In this document: one piece after another, positions 27,121 through 37,725 of the stretch
Layout: every line of letters begins with the position of its first letter
Numbering within the stretch: position 1 is the stretch's first letter
NCBI GenBank assembly: GCA_017468925.1
Contig: JAFUHI010000004.1
Coordinates: 70,161-134,160, forward strand
Source: Bacilli bacterium
GTDB lineage: Bacteria; Bacillota_I; Bacilli_A; RFN20; CAG-826
Direction of reading: 5' to 3'
DNA length: 64,000 nucleotides
The notes under the pieces: generated by a model
The model's database searches: none
Seen by the model: the letters and a program-made list of their open reading frames with translations, nothing else
Told to the model about the DNA's origin: nothing
Position numbers and translations under genes: made by a program

Positions 27121-29373
27121 TTAGTGAATTATCCTCTCACAAGTATACACCCCTTTTATTCCTAGAAGCATGGAAAAGGTGTCTTCTAGGATTTTGGCGC
27201 TGCTGACGAATATTTTCATCGATACGACGGTGTTCATCGTCTCGGTGGTTAGATGAGCGTGCAAATCATGGACCGCCAAACCTTTCGAAGCCATGACTTG
27301 CAATATATCAGCTAAGAGATTTGGCCTATCGTTTGCATATACCTCGACATCTACTGGATAGCTTGATATTCCTAAATCCTCGTTCCATCTAACTGGTATA
27401 ACTCTTGAACTTCCTTTGATGTTGGGGCAATTGACTCGGTGGACCGTGATTCCTTTTCCTTTGGTTATAAAACCAATTATGTCATCGCCTGGAATCGGTG
27501 AACAGCATTTGCTCAAAGATATCGCGATGTTGCTTCCGCCTTCTACCAAGACAGGGTTTTTGCTATCCTGGGAGGAATAATGGGTCGATGTTTTTGGTAG
27601 AGCCTTTGTCCTGATGTTAAGGAATTCGATGACCGAGGATGGAGTCGGGTTCCTCGCCCCTATCATCTTTAGCAAATCATCGACGCTTGCGGCGTGAAAT
27701 TCATCCAAGACTTTTTGCTGAGAAATGAGGTTCATTACTTCATTTTCGTCGTTATAGCCTCTGGCTCTAAAAGCTTCCGTTATGGCGTTTTTGCCTTTTT
27801 CGATATTGCTTGATTCGAAGGCTTCCGCATTCTTCTCGTTTAAGAATTTCCTTATCCTTGATTTCGCGCCAGCGGTTTTAACGATGCTAAGCCATCCTTC
27901 GTTAGGGCCTTTTGAGTTCTTTGAGGTTTTGATTTCGCAGACATCACCAGTTTTTAAAACTGTGTTCAAAGGGACGATGCTGCCATTTACCACCGCGCCA
28001 ACCGCGCTTTCTCCGACTTTTGTGTGAATTCTATAAGCAAAATCCAATACGGTTGAGCCCTGTGGCAAATCGATCACTTTTCCCATTGGGGTGAATACAT
28101 AGACATTCGCGTTGAATATGTCGTTGCTTAGAGCCGCCATATAATCTTTCGCATCTTCGCCATCGTATTCTTTTTCCGAGGAGAAATTGATGAAATCTCT
28201 GAACCAGTGGAGTTTTTCTTCTATATCCTTCTGTTCCTCTTTGGGGTTATAGTGCGCCCCTTCTTTGTATTTCCAGTGGGCGGCGACTCCAGTTTCGGCG
28301 ATTGAATCCATCTCTTCGGTCCTTATCTGGATTTCATAGATGTTTCCATCTCCTGCCACGATTGTCGTGTGCAAAGACTGATATAGATTCGGCTTAGGCA
28401 TGGCAATATAGTCTTTGAATCGTCCTGGGACTGGCTTATACATCGCATGAATCAAGCCAAGAATCTCGTAGCAATTCATTTCGGATTGGGTGATGATTCT
28501 AATGGCCAAAACATCATAAATCTCATCGAAATTGTAATTCTTCTTATACATCTTTCGATAAATCGAATAGATTGATTTTATGCGGCTTTCCATACGGAAA
28601 GTGATGTTATGTTCATAGATGACATCAGCGATTCTCTTTTTGACAGCGGATAAAGATTCGTTGCGGTTTTTCTCTCTTTCATCAAGTAATCTCAATATCT
28701 CTTTGTATTTTTCTGGCTCTAAGAATTTCAAGGAAAGATCTTGCAGTTCGCTTTGGATGGTGAAGATTCCCAAGCGGTGGGCGATTGGGACAAAAACATC
28801 CAAAGTTTCTTCGGAAAGCGCCTTTTGCCTAGCGGGCGATAATGATTCCAAGGTGCGCATATTGTGGAGCCTATCGGCAAGTTTGATGATGATGACACGT
28901 ACATCTTTTGCCATGCCCAAGAATATTTTTCTATGGTCTTCCGCTTCAAAATCCGCTTCGGTGCGGTGCGATAATTTCATTCTTTGAATCTTGGTTAAGG
29001 AATCAACAAGGAAAGCGACATCATCGCCAAAAAGCTTTCTTATGTCTTCTACCGTTGCATCACTATCTTCCACTACGTCATGCAAAAAACCTGCGGCGAT
29101 TGTAGCTGGACCAGCTTGCAATTTCGCGATTATATAACAAACTTCGATTGGGTGTTCGATATAAGGTTCACCTGATTTCCTATAAACGCCTCTATGTTTT
29201 TCTTCAGCGAATTTATAGGCATTTTCAATCATTTTCCTATCTTTTTGATCGGTGATGTATGTTGCGTACACATCGAAAACATCCATAAAAGTCCTGCCGA
29301 CATGGGGAGGTTTTTGGATCGTTTCTTGTTGTTGTTTTTCCGCTGGTTTTTTAGCCATAGGCATATTATACAC
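27121..29373 (-). CDS. relA: bifunctional (p)ppGpp synthetase/hydrolase RelA/SpoT homologue
   Basis: 750 aa with an HD domain (..HPIEV..LHDVVEDS..), the synthetase motif ..YQSLHTT.., and TGS and ACT regions. The start is uncertain: GTG 29373, ATG 29364 or ATG 29358. Confidence 0.9.
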   Translation of the reverse strand: MYNMPMAKKPAEKQQQETIQKPPHVGRTFMDVFDVYATYITDQKDRKMIENAYKFAEEKHRGVYRKSGEPYIEHPIEVCYIIAKLQAGPATIAAGFLHDVVEDSDATVEDIRKLFGDDVAFLVDSLTKIQRMKLSHRTEADFEAEDHRKIFLGMAKDVRVIIIKLADRLHNMRTLESLSPARQKALSEETLDVFVPIAHRLGIFTIQSELQDLSLKFLEPEKYKEILRLLDEREKNRNESLSAVKKRIADVIYEHNITFRMESRIKSIYSIYRKMYKKNYNFDEIYDVLAIRIITQSEMNCYEILGLIHAMYKPVPGRFKDYIAMPKPNLYQSLHTTIVAGDGNIYEIQIRTEEMDSIAETGVAAHWKYKEGAHYNPKEEQKDIEEKLHWFRDFINFSSEKEYDGEDAKDYMAALSNDIFNANVYVFTPMGKVIDLPQGSTVLDFAYRIHTKVGESAVGAVVNGSIVPLNTVLKTGDVCEIKTSKNSKGPNEGWLSIVKTAGAKSRIRKFLNEKNAEAFESSNIEKGKNAITEAFRARGYNDENEVMNLISQQKVLDEFHAASVDDLLKMIGARNPTPSSVIEFLNIRTKALPKTSTHYSSQDSKNPVLVEGGSNIAISLSKCCSPIPGDDIIGFITKGKGITVHRVNCPNIKGSSRVIPVRWNEDLGISSYPVDVEVYANDRPNLLADILQVMASKGLAVHDLHAHLTTETMNTVVSMKIFVSSAKILEDTFSMLLGIKGVYTCERIIH

Positions 29374-29395
29374 TCTAAATTAAACAAAATTTAAT

Positions 29396-30952
29396 TTAAA
29401 TATGCCTTGATGCAACAATATTTAATTCGAATTTGCCCTTATATTCCTCATACGCAAAGCGGACATCGAATAAAACAGGGCCTTCCAAAGCGTATGTGTC
29501 TTCGTTTATCGAAAAGGAAATCAGCTTTGCGCCAGTGTTCAATCTGGTCATCAGATATTTGCCATTTCTGGTATAAGTTAGGTCCTCGCTATTGAGTCCG
29601 GTTAATAAGAATTTAGGTTCCTCATGGTCGTGGCCGAATGGACCGAACGTTTTGATGAGATTGTAGTTATCAAGTGTGCATTCGCTTATAGCGATTGTGA
29701 TTAATTTCTTAGGCTTTGGCGACAATTTATGTTTCAAAGCGGCGTAAATAAAATCCTTTTGGAACTTTGGATAATCTTCTGCTTTGATTGTCGCACCTCC
29801 AGCGAATTCGTGACCGCCACCGGCCACCAATTCTACACCGTTTCCCTTAAGTGCTTCCAAAACATTAAAGCCTTCTTTTGAACGGATGCTTCCAACCAAA
29901 ATGGAAGGATCGTTTTCGGATTTGGAAAAAATGGCGACTGGTTTTTCATATTGGGATAAAAGTCGATTGGCGACCAAACCATTCAATCCAGTTGGAATGT
30001 CTAGAAGAGCGACAATCGCTTCTTGATTTAAATCAATGTTAGCGTTTTTGCTTGCATCCTCGGCAATTCTTTTTCTCAAGACGTTAATCTCGTTTATCCA
30101 TTCGACATAGGAAGAGATTTTGTATTTATCAAGGATGGAGAAATATTTTGGAAGTCTATTGATATGGGTGGTTTTATCGATTCTTCCGATTGCGTTTATC
30201 TTCGGGACGATCTCGAAGGAAATTATCCTCTCATCTATATATGATTTTTCAGTCAATGAAACAATAGGCGCATACTTATTTTGATTAATTAGTTCAACTG
30301 CTTTTTTGATTATTCTTCGATTGTATTTCTTTACAGGCATCATATCAGATATTGTTGATATGGCCCCGAGGCAAAGGAGATAATCATCTGAATATCCAAG
30401 CAAAACCTCGCTGAAAATATACGATAAATACCCTGCAGAAACCGGTATTTCGCCGTAATTTATAGAATTTGGATGGAGATATGCAAGGGATTTTATTTCT
30501 TTGTCGCCGAATTCATGATGATCGATTATTAGAACATCGATTCCAAGGGATAAAGCAAAATCAATCGCGTCATAGGCTGTGACACCGTTATCGACACAGA
30601 GAATTACTTTGAATCCTGCTTTGGCGATTTTCTCAACATTATTTTTTGTCAATGCATACCCATCGATATAGCGGCTTGGGATATATGAATCGCATTCGAT
30701 TCCGAATCTCTTCAAAGCGATGCGCATAATGGAAGTGGCCATAATACCGTCGCAATCATAATCTCCATAGATCAAGACTTTTTCTTTTTTGGCTTTCGCT
30801 TCGTCTAATCTTTTCAAGGTTTTGATCAGATTTTTATCATCCTTAGAGATTGAAGGCAAAGAAAAAGAAGACGAAAGATATTCGTCTTCATATTCTTCTT
30901 CGCTAAGCGAATAGTAATCCAATAATTTTTTTAGAAAAGGATTTTGTTCCAT
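29396..30952 (-). CDS. recJ: single-stranded-DNA-specific exonuclease RecJ (DHH/DHHA1)
   Basis: 518 aa with YGDYDCDG, VDNG, IIDHHEF and GGGHEFAGG motifs. The secDF-recJ-relA order matches Bacillus. Confidence 0.8.
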   Translation of the reverse strand: MEQNPFLKKLLDYYSLSEEEYEDEYLSSSFSLPSISKDDKNLIKTLKRLDEAKAKKEKVLIYGDYDCDGIMATSIMRIALKRFGIECDSYIPSRYIDGYALTKNNVEKIAKAGFKVILCVDNGVTAYDAIDFALSLGIDVLIIDHHEFGDKEIKSLAYLHPNSINYGEIPVSAGYLSYIFSEVLLGYSDDYLLCLGAISTISDMMPVKKYNRRIIKKAVELINQNKYAPIVSLTEKSYIDERIISFEIVPKINAIGRIDKTTHINRLPKYFSILDKYKISSYVEWINEINVLRKRIAEDASKNANIDLNQEAIVALLDIPTGLNGLVANRLLSQYEKPVAIFSKSENDPSILVGSIRSKEGFNVLEALKGNGVELVAGGGHEFAGGATIKAEDYPKFQKDFIYAALKHKLSPKPKKLITIAISECTLDNYNLIKTFGPFGHDHEEPKFLLTGLNSEDLTYTRNGKYLMTRLNTGAKLISFSINEDTYALEGPVLFDVRFAYEEYKGKFELNIVASRHI

Positions 30953-33678
30953 TAATCGTTGATGCCAATAAAGGTGGCTTCTTCTGGCTCAGCCGATCTC
31001 CTTCTCTTTTGGTCATTCTTCTTTTCTCGCTTTGGCAAATGGAAGGACGAACGCAACTTCTGCCAATATTTATCAATAGATAATGACAATGGAACGTTGA
31101 TGAATAGAATGATTACCGCTGCTAAAATCACACCGAGCAAGGCCATCAAGAAGATGAATACCCATTCGCTTGGAGCGAAGCCAAAGAAGGCTACAAAAGC
31201 AAAGGCAAGGAACAAGGCAAAGACAAGAAGATTCTCAGCGTTATAGGATAAAGAACTCTTCAAGCATTTTTCTTTGAATTCGAGAGTGGTCTTGTCACGT
31301 TCTCTGCTTTCATAAGCGATATCTTTCTCGCCCTCAAGCACATAGACGCCTAAGAAATATGTAGCGACGCTAGCGACTATCAATGCCAAGCTAACAAGTG
31401 GTGTGACTTGGATGAATGTTGCAGAAATTATGCCCATCACTATAGTGCTATTAGCAGCACCCATTAACCCTAGAGTTAACCCTCTAGCAACCTTGAATCT
31501 AAGCATCAAATAGACCATGACAAATAGATCGGCAAGCCCTAAGCCCAGCCATAATGTCGGTAGGGATGGCGTGCCTTGTTGCGATACGACATTCTTTACC
31601 GAAACGGTGGCGAATTCAGTGCTTACGACGTTTTCAGTAGCTCTAGCTAAAGCGTCTTGAAGTCTTGTATAAGTCTCAGATTCAGCGTTTTCGATTTGAA
31701 CGGTGAAAGTTATGTCATCAGAATCTAAATCGAAGTATTTACTGAAGTTAATCGTATAGAAATAGAGATTGTAATTGATTGAGTCAGCGTCGATATAAGT
31801 TCCACTGGATTCGACATAAATAGAGCTGTAATATTCTTTGTCGAAATCTTTTCCATCGATCTTTATAGCGCTTAAAATCTTTGTTTCGATATCACTGGTG
31901 TCCTGGATTTGTCTATTGGTGTTTTCGCTTGATGAATCAGGAACCCTATATTCAATGTAGGCAATGGTTTTGTCGTTATACGCACCAGCGAAATTATAAG
32001 CGTTGCCTCTAGTTAAGCTTAACGCTGTTGAGGTAGCGATGGCGCCTAAAACCAATACAGAAGCAACAATGCCAAATATCTTCCACTTCTTTGTGAAATC
32101 TTTTCCAGCAAATCTTCCGAAATATGTTTGTTTTTCTTCCGCTAAAAGATTTGGGACTTTTGATTTGTCAACTCCATAAATCAGCCCAAGCTTGCTTTCG
32201 GTCTTATCATCATTTGCGATCAAGAAGCCTTCTGCCCTTAAAAGCAAGAGATTGGAGACGCCGGCAAAGAATCCAGAGATGACGAGCATCAATCCCATCT
32301 TGCCAATAACGCCTGGGACAAAGCCAAAGATTGAAGCTCCGGCGATTATAGAAATAATTGAAACATCAAGTATCGGCCACATAGATTTCTTGGTTGCTTC
32401 TATATGTGATTTCTTCGGGCTTCTTCCGGCATACAATTCATTTTTGATTTTGCCGAAATAATACATGCTTCCGAACGCAGCGATTAAGCCCGCTACTATC
32501 GCACCGACAAGCGCACCAGCGCCGAATTGGGCGCCGAAATAATTGAATAATAAGAACGAAGCAAGCATCGTCACGCTTACATTGCTTATAACGGATAATG
32601 AACCAAGTCTATAGAAATAGACGCTTAATATAATTAACAGGCCTAATGTGATGCTTGTGGCAATTAAAGTTGGACCTAGTGCAGGATATTCGGTCATACC
32701 TCTTTCAATCAATGTTTCAGTTGAAGCAAGAATGTTATGCTCAAAGACGCAGTTAACGTCGTATCCAGCACCTACATCATGATAATCGCTGGCGTTAAGC
32801 ATAAGCATATAATACCTAGCGGCATTATAGGCAGCGCCGGCTTTTGAAGCGTCATATCCACTATCTTGGATAGCGGCACTATTAGGAATCAATTGGAATT
32901 CCTTGTAATCGTCATCATCATTTGTGGCATCGAACCAAGCATTGGCTCCGGCTTCTCCGAAAATTAGTCTTCTCCTGGCGTTAGGATTGCGGATTTCCTC
33001 GTCTTCTGAGGTGGCGTTTTCATAGGTGTCACCTTCTTGTTTGTTCGCCCAAAGTAACAAATAGCAGTTTTGAGCGGCTGTCGAATTTGCGGTGTCTTCC
33101 GCTTTGGTGTTCTTGGTGCACCAATCGATCAATTTGCCGAAATCACCATCTTTACCCGGATAATTGATTCCGATAACGACGACTGGGATGCCGTTGACAT
33201 AGTCAATTCTGGCGCTATGCCCATCGAACATCTCATTGTTGTTGTATGTATCACTTTCTGCCCATGTCTCCCCATCGGCTTCCAATATGGAAGGTCCAAC
33301 AGAGAAATTTCCGCCTGAGAAAGCTAGATAAGTCTCTAAATATCCGTATTCTGTTGCATCGTTGCCCTCTGCTCTAAAAGAAACTCTGACTGTATCGAAT
33401 CCTTCTTTGGAAACGGTGGCGTCTACTCCCCAGTTGCGGAGTCTGTTTTCCATTTCTGAAGCGACGGCGTTTACAGCGACATAATTGTCATTATCGATAT
33501 ATGAATCAACCTCAATGCCTCCATAAGTCGAATCGGCTTCTGAGATTTTGAAAACCATATCTTTGCCTTCAGCATAAGATACGTCTTTATCCATTTTCAC
33601 GATTTCTGCGCCGATTAGTCCAGCACTTGCGGCTATCAATGCGCCATTTAGCAGTATGTAAGCGAGTTTGCGTCTCAT
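30952..33678 (-). CDS. secDF: protein translocase subunit SecDF (fusion)
   Basis: 908 aa. It has an N-terminal TM segment, a large extracytoplasmic domain, then two 6-TM blocks. Confidence 0.82.
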   Translation of the reverse strand: MRRKLAYILLNGALIAASAGLIGAEIVKMDKDVSYAEGKDMVFKISEADSTYGGIEVDSYIDNDNYVAVNAVASEMENRLRNWGVDATVSKEGFDTVRVSFRAEGNDATEYGYLETYLAFSGGNFSVGPSILEADGETWAESDTYNNNEMFDGHSARIDYVNGIPVVVIGINYPGKDGDFGKLIDWCTKNTKAEDTANSTAAQNCYLLLWANKQEGDTYENATSEDEEIRNPNARRRLIFGEAGANAWFDATNDDDDYKEFQLIPNSAAIQDSGYDASKAGAAYNAARYYMLMLNASDYHDVGAGYDVNCVFEHNILASTETLIERGMTEYPALGPTLIATSITLGLLIILSVYFYRLGSLSVISNVSVTMLASFLLFNYFGAQFGAGALVGAIVAGLIAAFGSMYYFGKIKNELYAGRSPKKSHIEATKKSMWPILDVSIISIIAGASIFGFVPGVIGKMGLMLVISGFFAGVSNLLLLRAEGFLIANDDKTESKLGLIYGVDKSKVPNLLAEEKQTYFGRFAGKDFTKKWKIFGIVASVLVLGAIATSTALSLTRGNAYNFAGAYNDKTIAYIEYRVPDSSSENTNRQIQDTSDIETKILSAIKIDGKDFDKEYYSSIYVESSGTYIDADSINYNLYFYTINFSKYFDLDSDDITFTVQIENAESETYTRLQDALARATENVVSTEFATVSVKNVVSQQGTPSLPTLWLGLGLADLFVMVYLMLRFKVARGLTLGLMGAANSTIVMGIISATFIQVTPLVSLALIVASVATYFLGVYVLEGEKDIAYESRERDKTTLEFKEKCLKSSLSYNAENLLVFALFLAFAFVAFFGFAPSEWVFIFLMALLGVILAAVIILFINVPLSLSIDKYWQKLRSSFHLPKREKKNDQKRRRSAEPEEATFIGIND

Positions 33679-33704
33679 ACATTACCTCCTAGGTCAATAC
33701 CAAC

Positions 33705-33752
33705 ACAAAAAAGTGCGGTTATGCTGTATAAGAATACACCATATGCACGCAC
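33705..33752 (-). terminator. terminator-like hairpin plus U-tract between ruvB and secDF
   Basis: Minus strand reads GTGCGTGCATATGGTGTATTCTTATACAGCATAACCGCAC. GTGCG pairs with CGCAC at the base and TGTAT with ATACA at the top. TTTTTTG follows, and the element ends about 27 nt before the secDF ATG. Confidence 0.5.
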
Positions 33753-33860
33753 GAATAAACAACAAATTTCAAAAATAATGTAAAACATTAAATAATTTCG
33801 GCACGATAAATCAATAATTAATCACACAATAATGCTTTCTTTATAAGAAAGAATAGCAGC

Positions 33861-34871
33861 CTAAATCAATAAAAGTTGGTGCGGTTTATTTAAATGTTTA
33901 TAGGCTTTTTCGGTGGCCACTCTGCCTCTTGGCGTGCGGTTGATCATCCCCATCATTACCAAATATGGTTCATAGACATCTTCGAGGTTAGTTATTTCTT
34001 CTCCGATGGCGCTTGCAATGGCTTCTAGACCGACTGGACCGCCTTTGAATCTTTCGATTATGGTTGACAAATATTTTATATCAACATAGTCAAGTCCTAG
34101 CTCGTCTATTTTCAAGGCGTTTAAGGCTTTTTCTGTTATCTTTGAATCGATTTCCTCTTTGCCTTCGTAAGTGGCAAAATCCCTGACTCTTTTGAATAAT
34201 CTGTTGGCGATTCTGGGTGTGCCTCTGCTTCTTTTGGCGATCAGTTCGCTGGATTTCTCGCTGATTGGCATGCCAAATACTTTCGATGTTCTTTCGATGA
34301 TTTTTTGGATCTCTTCTAAGGTATAGAAATCAATTTTTTCTGCGATGCCAAAACGGCTTCGCAAAGGATTGCTTAGATCTCCTGCTCTAGTTGTTGCGCC
34401 AACTAAAGTGAAAGGAGGCAAAGGTATATTGATTGATTTTGAAGAGCCATCTCTATTTATCACGATGGAAAGATTAAAATCTTCCATGGCGCCATATAAA
34501 ACTTCTTCAACGACGCGAGGGATGCGGTGAATTTCATCGATGAATAAAATATCTCCCGGCTCTAAATCGCTTAAAATCGTGGCTAAATCCCCTGTTCTTT
34601 CGATGCTTGGGCCATTGACTGTTTTGATGTGCCCGCCCATTTCGTTGGCGATTACATAAGCTAAAGTAGTCTTACCTAATCCTGGTGGGCCATAGAGCAA
34701 GACATGGTCTAGGCATTCGCCTCTTTTTCTGGCCGCTCCAATGAAGATCTTTAGTTTTTCTTTTAGTTCGCTTTGCCCAACATATTCTTTCAAAGTTAAA
34801 GGCCTTAAGGATAATTCCTCGACGGCTTCGTCTTTGTTTTTATGGGCGTCTAAAAGTCTTTCGTCTTTCAT
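33861..34871 (-). CDS. ruvB: Holliday junction branch migration helicase RuvB
   Basis: 336 aa with the Walker [10 protein letters not shown], ..LFIDEIHR.. and an AAA+ arginine finger region. Confidence 0.93.
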   Translation of the reverse strand: MKDERLLDAHKNKDEAVEELSLRPLTLKEYVGQSELKEKLKIFIGAARKRGECLDHVLLYGPPGLGKTTLAYVIANEMGGHIKTVNGPSIERTGDLATILSDLEPGDILFIDEIHRIPRVVEEVLYGAMEDFNLSIVINRDGSSKSINIPLPPFTLVGATTRAGDLSNPLRSRFGIAEKIDFYTLEEIQKIIERTSKVFGMPISEKSSELIAKRSRGTPRIANRLFKRVRDFATYEGKEEIDSKITEKALNALKIDELGLDYVDIKYLSTIIERFKGGPVGLEAIASAIGEEITNLEDVYEPYLVMMGMINRTPRGRVATEKAYKHLNKPHQLLLI

Positions 34872-34874
34872 TGT

Positions 34875-35441
34875 TTATTTAGTCCCTTTATTTAGTTTCC
34901 TAAGCGCTAATTTTATAAGTTCGGCATTGGATAGATTCGGTTCATTGATGGAAGAAAGAACGGTCTCGATTTCTTTCTTCTTGAATCCAAGGCTCTTTAA
35001 AGCGTCGCTCACTTCGTCGTACTGTTTTTCATTGACGTTAATTGCATCGGTTGTAAGATGCCCTTTAAGGTCAAGGATTATTTGTTTTGCCGCTTTATCT
35101 CCGATACCAGGAAGTTTCTTCAAATAAGCAGTGTTGTTGGCGGCTATGGCGGCGAATAAACCATCCGGAGTGGTCTCTTTTAAAGCATTCATCGCTGTCT
35201 TAGGCCCGATTCCTTTGACTTGGATCAAAGAACGGAAGGCATCTTTTTCTAAAGTGGTGAGGAATCCAACCAAATAATGATCGTCTTGATTTTGTATCTC
35301 TTGGGTATAAATGGAATATTCCTTCATATACTCAAATTCCTGAGGTCTCGATACCAAAACCTCATAACCAATTTGGCCAATGCATACTGTGATATAATCA
35401 CCAGAAACGTTAATGATTTGTCCTTTTAGAAATGCGATCAT
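34875..35441 (-). CDS. ruvA: Holliday junction DNA-binding protein RuvA
   Basis: 188 aa starting MIAFLKGQI.., with the HhH motifs ..VKGIGPKTA.. and ..LPGIGDKAA... Confidence 0.88.
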   Translation of the reverse strand: MIAFLKGQIINVSGDYITVCIGQIGYEVLVSRPQEFEYMKEYSIYTQEIQNQDDHYLVGFLTTLEKDAFRSLIQVKGIGPKTAMNALKETTPDGLFAAIAANNTAYLKKLPGIGDKAAKQIILDLKGHLTTDAINVNEKQYDEVSDALKSLGFKKKEIETVLSSINEPNLSNAELIKLALRKLNKGTK

Positions 35442-35558
35442 TTTATATTAATATAAATAGCAAGACGATAAGTAGCGATACCGCCGAGGCTAAGACAGAA
35501 GCAATCGATATCAGTAACCAGTCGTTCTTGTTCATAAATAATTATAGCTTAAAGATGG

Positions 35559-36839
35559 TTATTCAGTATATTCGAATTCAAAATCTTTTAGAATCACCGT
35601 GTCTCCATCTTTGGCGCCTGCCTTTTTCAAAGCTTTTTCAACGCCTATCGAGTCTAGATAATTTATAAGTCTCCTAATCCCTTGGTCGGTTTTGTTGTTG
35701 ATGATTGAATAAGTTCTTTCGACTTTTTCACCAACAATCTGGAAGGTGTGGTCGTTTATGCGTTTGATTTCATACATGCTCTTCTTGCTCTCATCAAGAT
35801 GTGCATCATAGACTTTGATCTTCCCTTCTTCGTGCATCCCTTTTAATGGGAATTCTGGGATGATTTCAATAAGATCCATTGCTTTGTAAAGCACCTCATC
35901 TATTCCTTGGTTTGTCAAAGCGGAGATGCCGATTGAAACGAATCCAAGTTTCTCATCAAACTCTTTTTTTCTTTCTTCCGCGCCATCTTCATCCATTTTG
36001 GTGGCGACAACAATCTGTGGGCGTTTCTCCAAATCAGCCGCGTAACTAATTAATTCATTATTGATAGAAAGATAGTCTTGGTATGGGTCTCTTTCGCCGG
36101 ACATCGAAACGAAGTGAATCAACACCCTGCATCTTTCAATGTGGCGTAAAAATTGGATTCCTAATCCTTTTCCTTGATGGGCCCCTTCGATTAATCCAGG
36201 CATATCGGCCAAAACAAATTGTCTGCCATCTTTTGTGGTGGCAACTCCTAGGTTTGGGGCAATTGTGGTAAAAGGATAATCAGCAGTTTCAACATTCGCT
36301 TTGCTTACTACATTCAAAAATGTGCTTTTGCCTACGCTTGGGAAACCGATTATCCCGGCATCTGCAAGGATTTTAAGTTCTAAAATCAACCTTTTTCTTT
36401 CGCCAGGCAGTCCGTTTTCGGCTATTTTTGGGCAGCGATTTCTGGATGTTTTGAAAGCGGCATTGCCTCTTCCGCCCCTTCCGCCTTTCGCAATCAGGAC
36501 TACTTCGCCTTCGTTTTTCATATCAGCGAGGATTTGCCCAGTTTTTTCTTCACTTACAACAGTTCCCACAGGGACTTCAACGGTCACATCATCCGCCGAA
36601 TGGCCGTACATATTCTTTTTGTTGCCGTTTTCTCCATCGGCAGCAGAGATAAGCTTGCTATGACGGAAATTATAGAGGGTGTTTATGTTTGAAACGGCTT
36701 TGAAATATATAGAGCCTCCTCTGCCTCCGTTTCCTCCATCAGGTCCGCCCATCGCGGTTTGGCGGTCATGAAGAAAAGCGATGCAGCCATTGCCACCTTT
36801 CCCGCTTCTAACCTCAATCACGCATCTATCAATCAGCAT
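35559..36839 (-). CDS. obg: GTPase Obg/CgtA
   Basis: 426 aa with a glycine-rich Obg fold (GGNGGRGGSIYF), G-domain GFPSVGKST / DMPGLIEGA / ATKMD motifs, and a C-terminal OCT domain. Confidence 0.93.
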   Translation of the reverse strand: MLIDRCVIEVRSGKGGNGCIAFLHDRQTAMGGPDGGNGGRGGSIYFKAVSNINTLYNFRHSKLISAADGENGNKKNMYGHSADDVTVEVPVGTVVSEEKTGQILADMKNEGEVVLIAKGGRGGRGNAAFKTSRNRCPKIAENGLPGERKRLILELKILADAGIIGFPSVGKSTFLNVVSKANVETADYPFTTIAPNLGVATTKDGRQFVLADMPGLIEGAHQGKGLGIQFLRHIERCRVLIHFVSMSGERDPYQDYLSINNELISYAADLEKRPQIVVATKMDEDGAEERKKEFDEKLGFVSIGISALTNQGIDEVLYKAMDLIEIIPEFPLKGMHEEGKIKVYDAHLDESKKSMYEIKRINDHTFQIVGEKVERTYSIINNKTDQGIRRLINYLDSIGVEKALKKAGAKDGDTVILKDFEFEYTE

Positions 36840-37596
36840 TGGTTAACCTCTTCTTTGTTTCTTCGTCCAAAATGTAATTCTGGCGATTTTTCTTGATTTT
36901 CCGTAAATCTTTATAGAAAGTCCATGAGGCTTTCAAAGGGGAAACCGTGCTATCAGGATCATTTTGCCATCTAACTGGGATTTCTTTGATTTTGAAGCCA
37001 TTTAAGAAACAGAAATATATGTATTCGACATCAAATGCAAAGCCAGGAATGATCTGATGTTTGACCATTTCTTTTGCAATATTTGTTCTAAAAGCCTTAT
37101 AGCCACATTGGGTGTCGGTAAGTCCTTTGAGGTGGAATTTGTTTTTGATGATTGTTCTCGAACCCCATGAAGTTATTCTTCTCACTAACGTTTGTTTCTC
37201 GGTAATCACGCTTTGTTTGCTATGCCTAGATGCTGAAAAGCAATCATATTGTCCTAATAATGGCTTGATTTCGTCAAAGGCTTTAAGATCGGTCGATAAA
37301 TCAGCATCCATAAAAAGGACATAATCACTATCTTCTGGAGTGGCTTCAATGCTTTTTTTGACGGCCCAGCCTTTTCCTTTGGTGTCGCTATATGGTAATA
37401 AAACAATCTTTTTATTATTTAATTCAGCAAGCAGAGAGACCAAAGAAGATTGTTGCTCTTCGTTTGAGGCGTCTGAACAAATCAAAACATCGTAGTCAAC
37501 CCCACATCCATCAAAATAAGGAATTATTGATTCGGTTAGGTTTTTCATCAACTTTTTGGTCTGATTTTTTACAGGAAGAATAACTGATATTTTCAT
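36829..37596 (-). CDS. family 2 glycosyltransferase (polyprenyl-phosphate sugar transferase-like)
   Basis: 255 aa. ISVILPVKNQ.., ..FMDADLS.. (DxD) and ..DTQCGYKAF.. are typical of GT2. Confidence 0.78.
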   Translation of the reverse strand: MKISVILPVKNQTKKLMKNLTESIIPYFDGCGVDYDVLICSDASNEEQQSSLVSLLAELNNKKIVLLPYSDTKGKGWAVKKSIEATPEDSDYVLFMDADLSTDLKAFDEIKPLLGQYDCFSASRHSKQSVITEKQTLVRRITSWGSRTIIKNKFHLKGLTDTQCGYKAFRTNIAKEMVKHQIIPGFAFDVEYIYFCFLNGFKIKEIPVRWQNDPDSTVSPLKASWTFYKDLRKIKKNRQNYILDEETKKRLTNAD

Positions 37597-37681
37597 AAAA
37601 ATAATTATAATCTAAAACAATCATTTGCTCCACTATTTTGTTATATAACAAAAAATTTATATAAATTCATAAATGATAAAA

Positions 37682-37706
37682 CAAAAAGAGCGGATTGATC
37701 CGCCCT
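37682..37706 (-). terminator. Rho-independent terminator after rpmA
   Basis: Minus strand reads GGGCGGAT-CA-ATCCGCTC followed by TTTTTGTTTT. Confidence 0.72.
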
Positions 37707-37725
37707 GATTGTTATTGATGGTTAT

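Noticed and set aside
34741-35127. 128-aa + strand ORF spanning the ruvB/ruvA junction.
   Set aside because: It is antisense to two strongly supported genes, and its Ser/Leu/Phe-rich composition is typical of reverse-frame artefacts.
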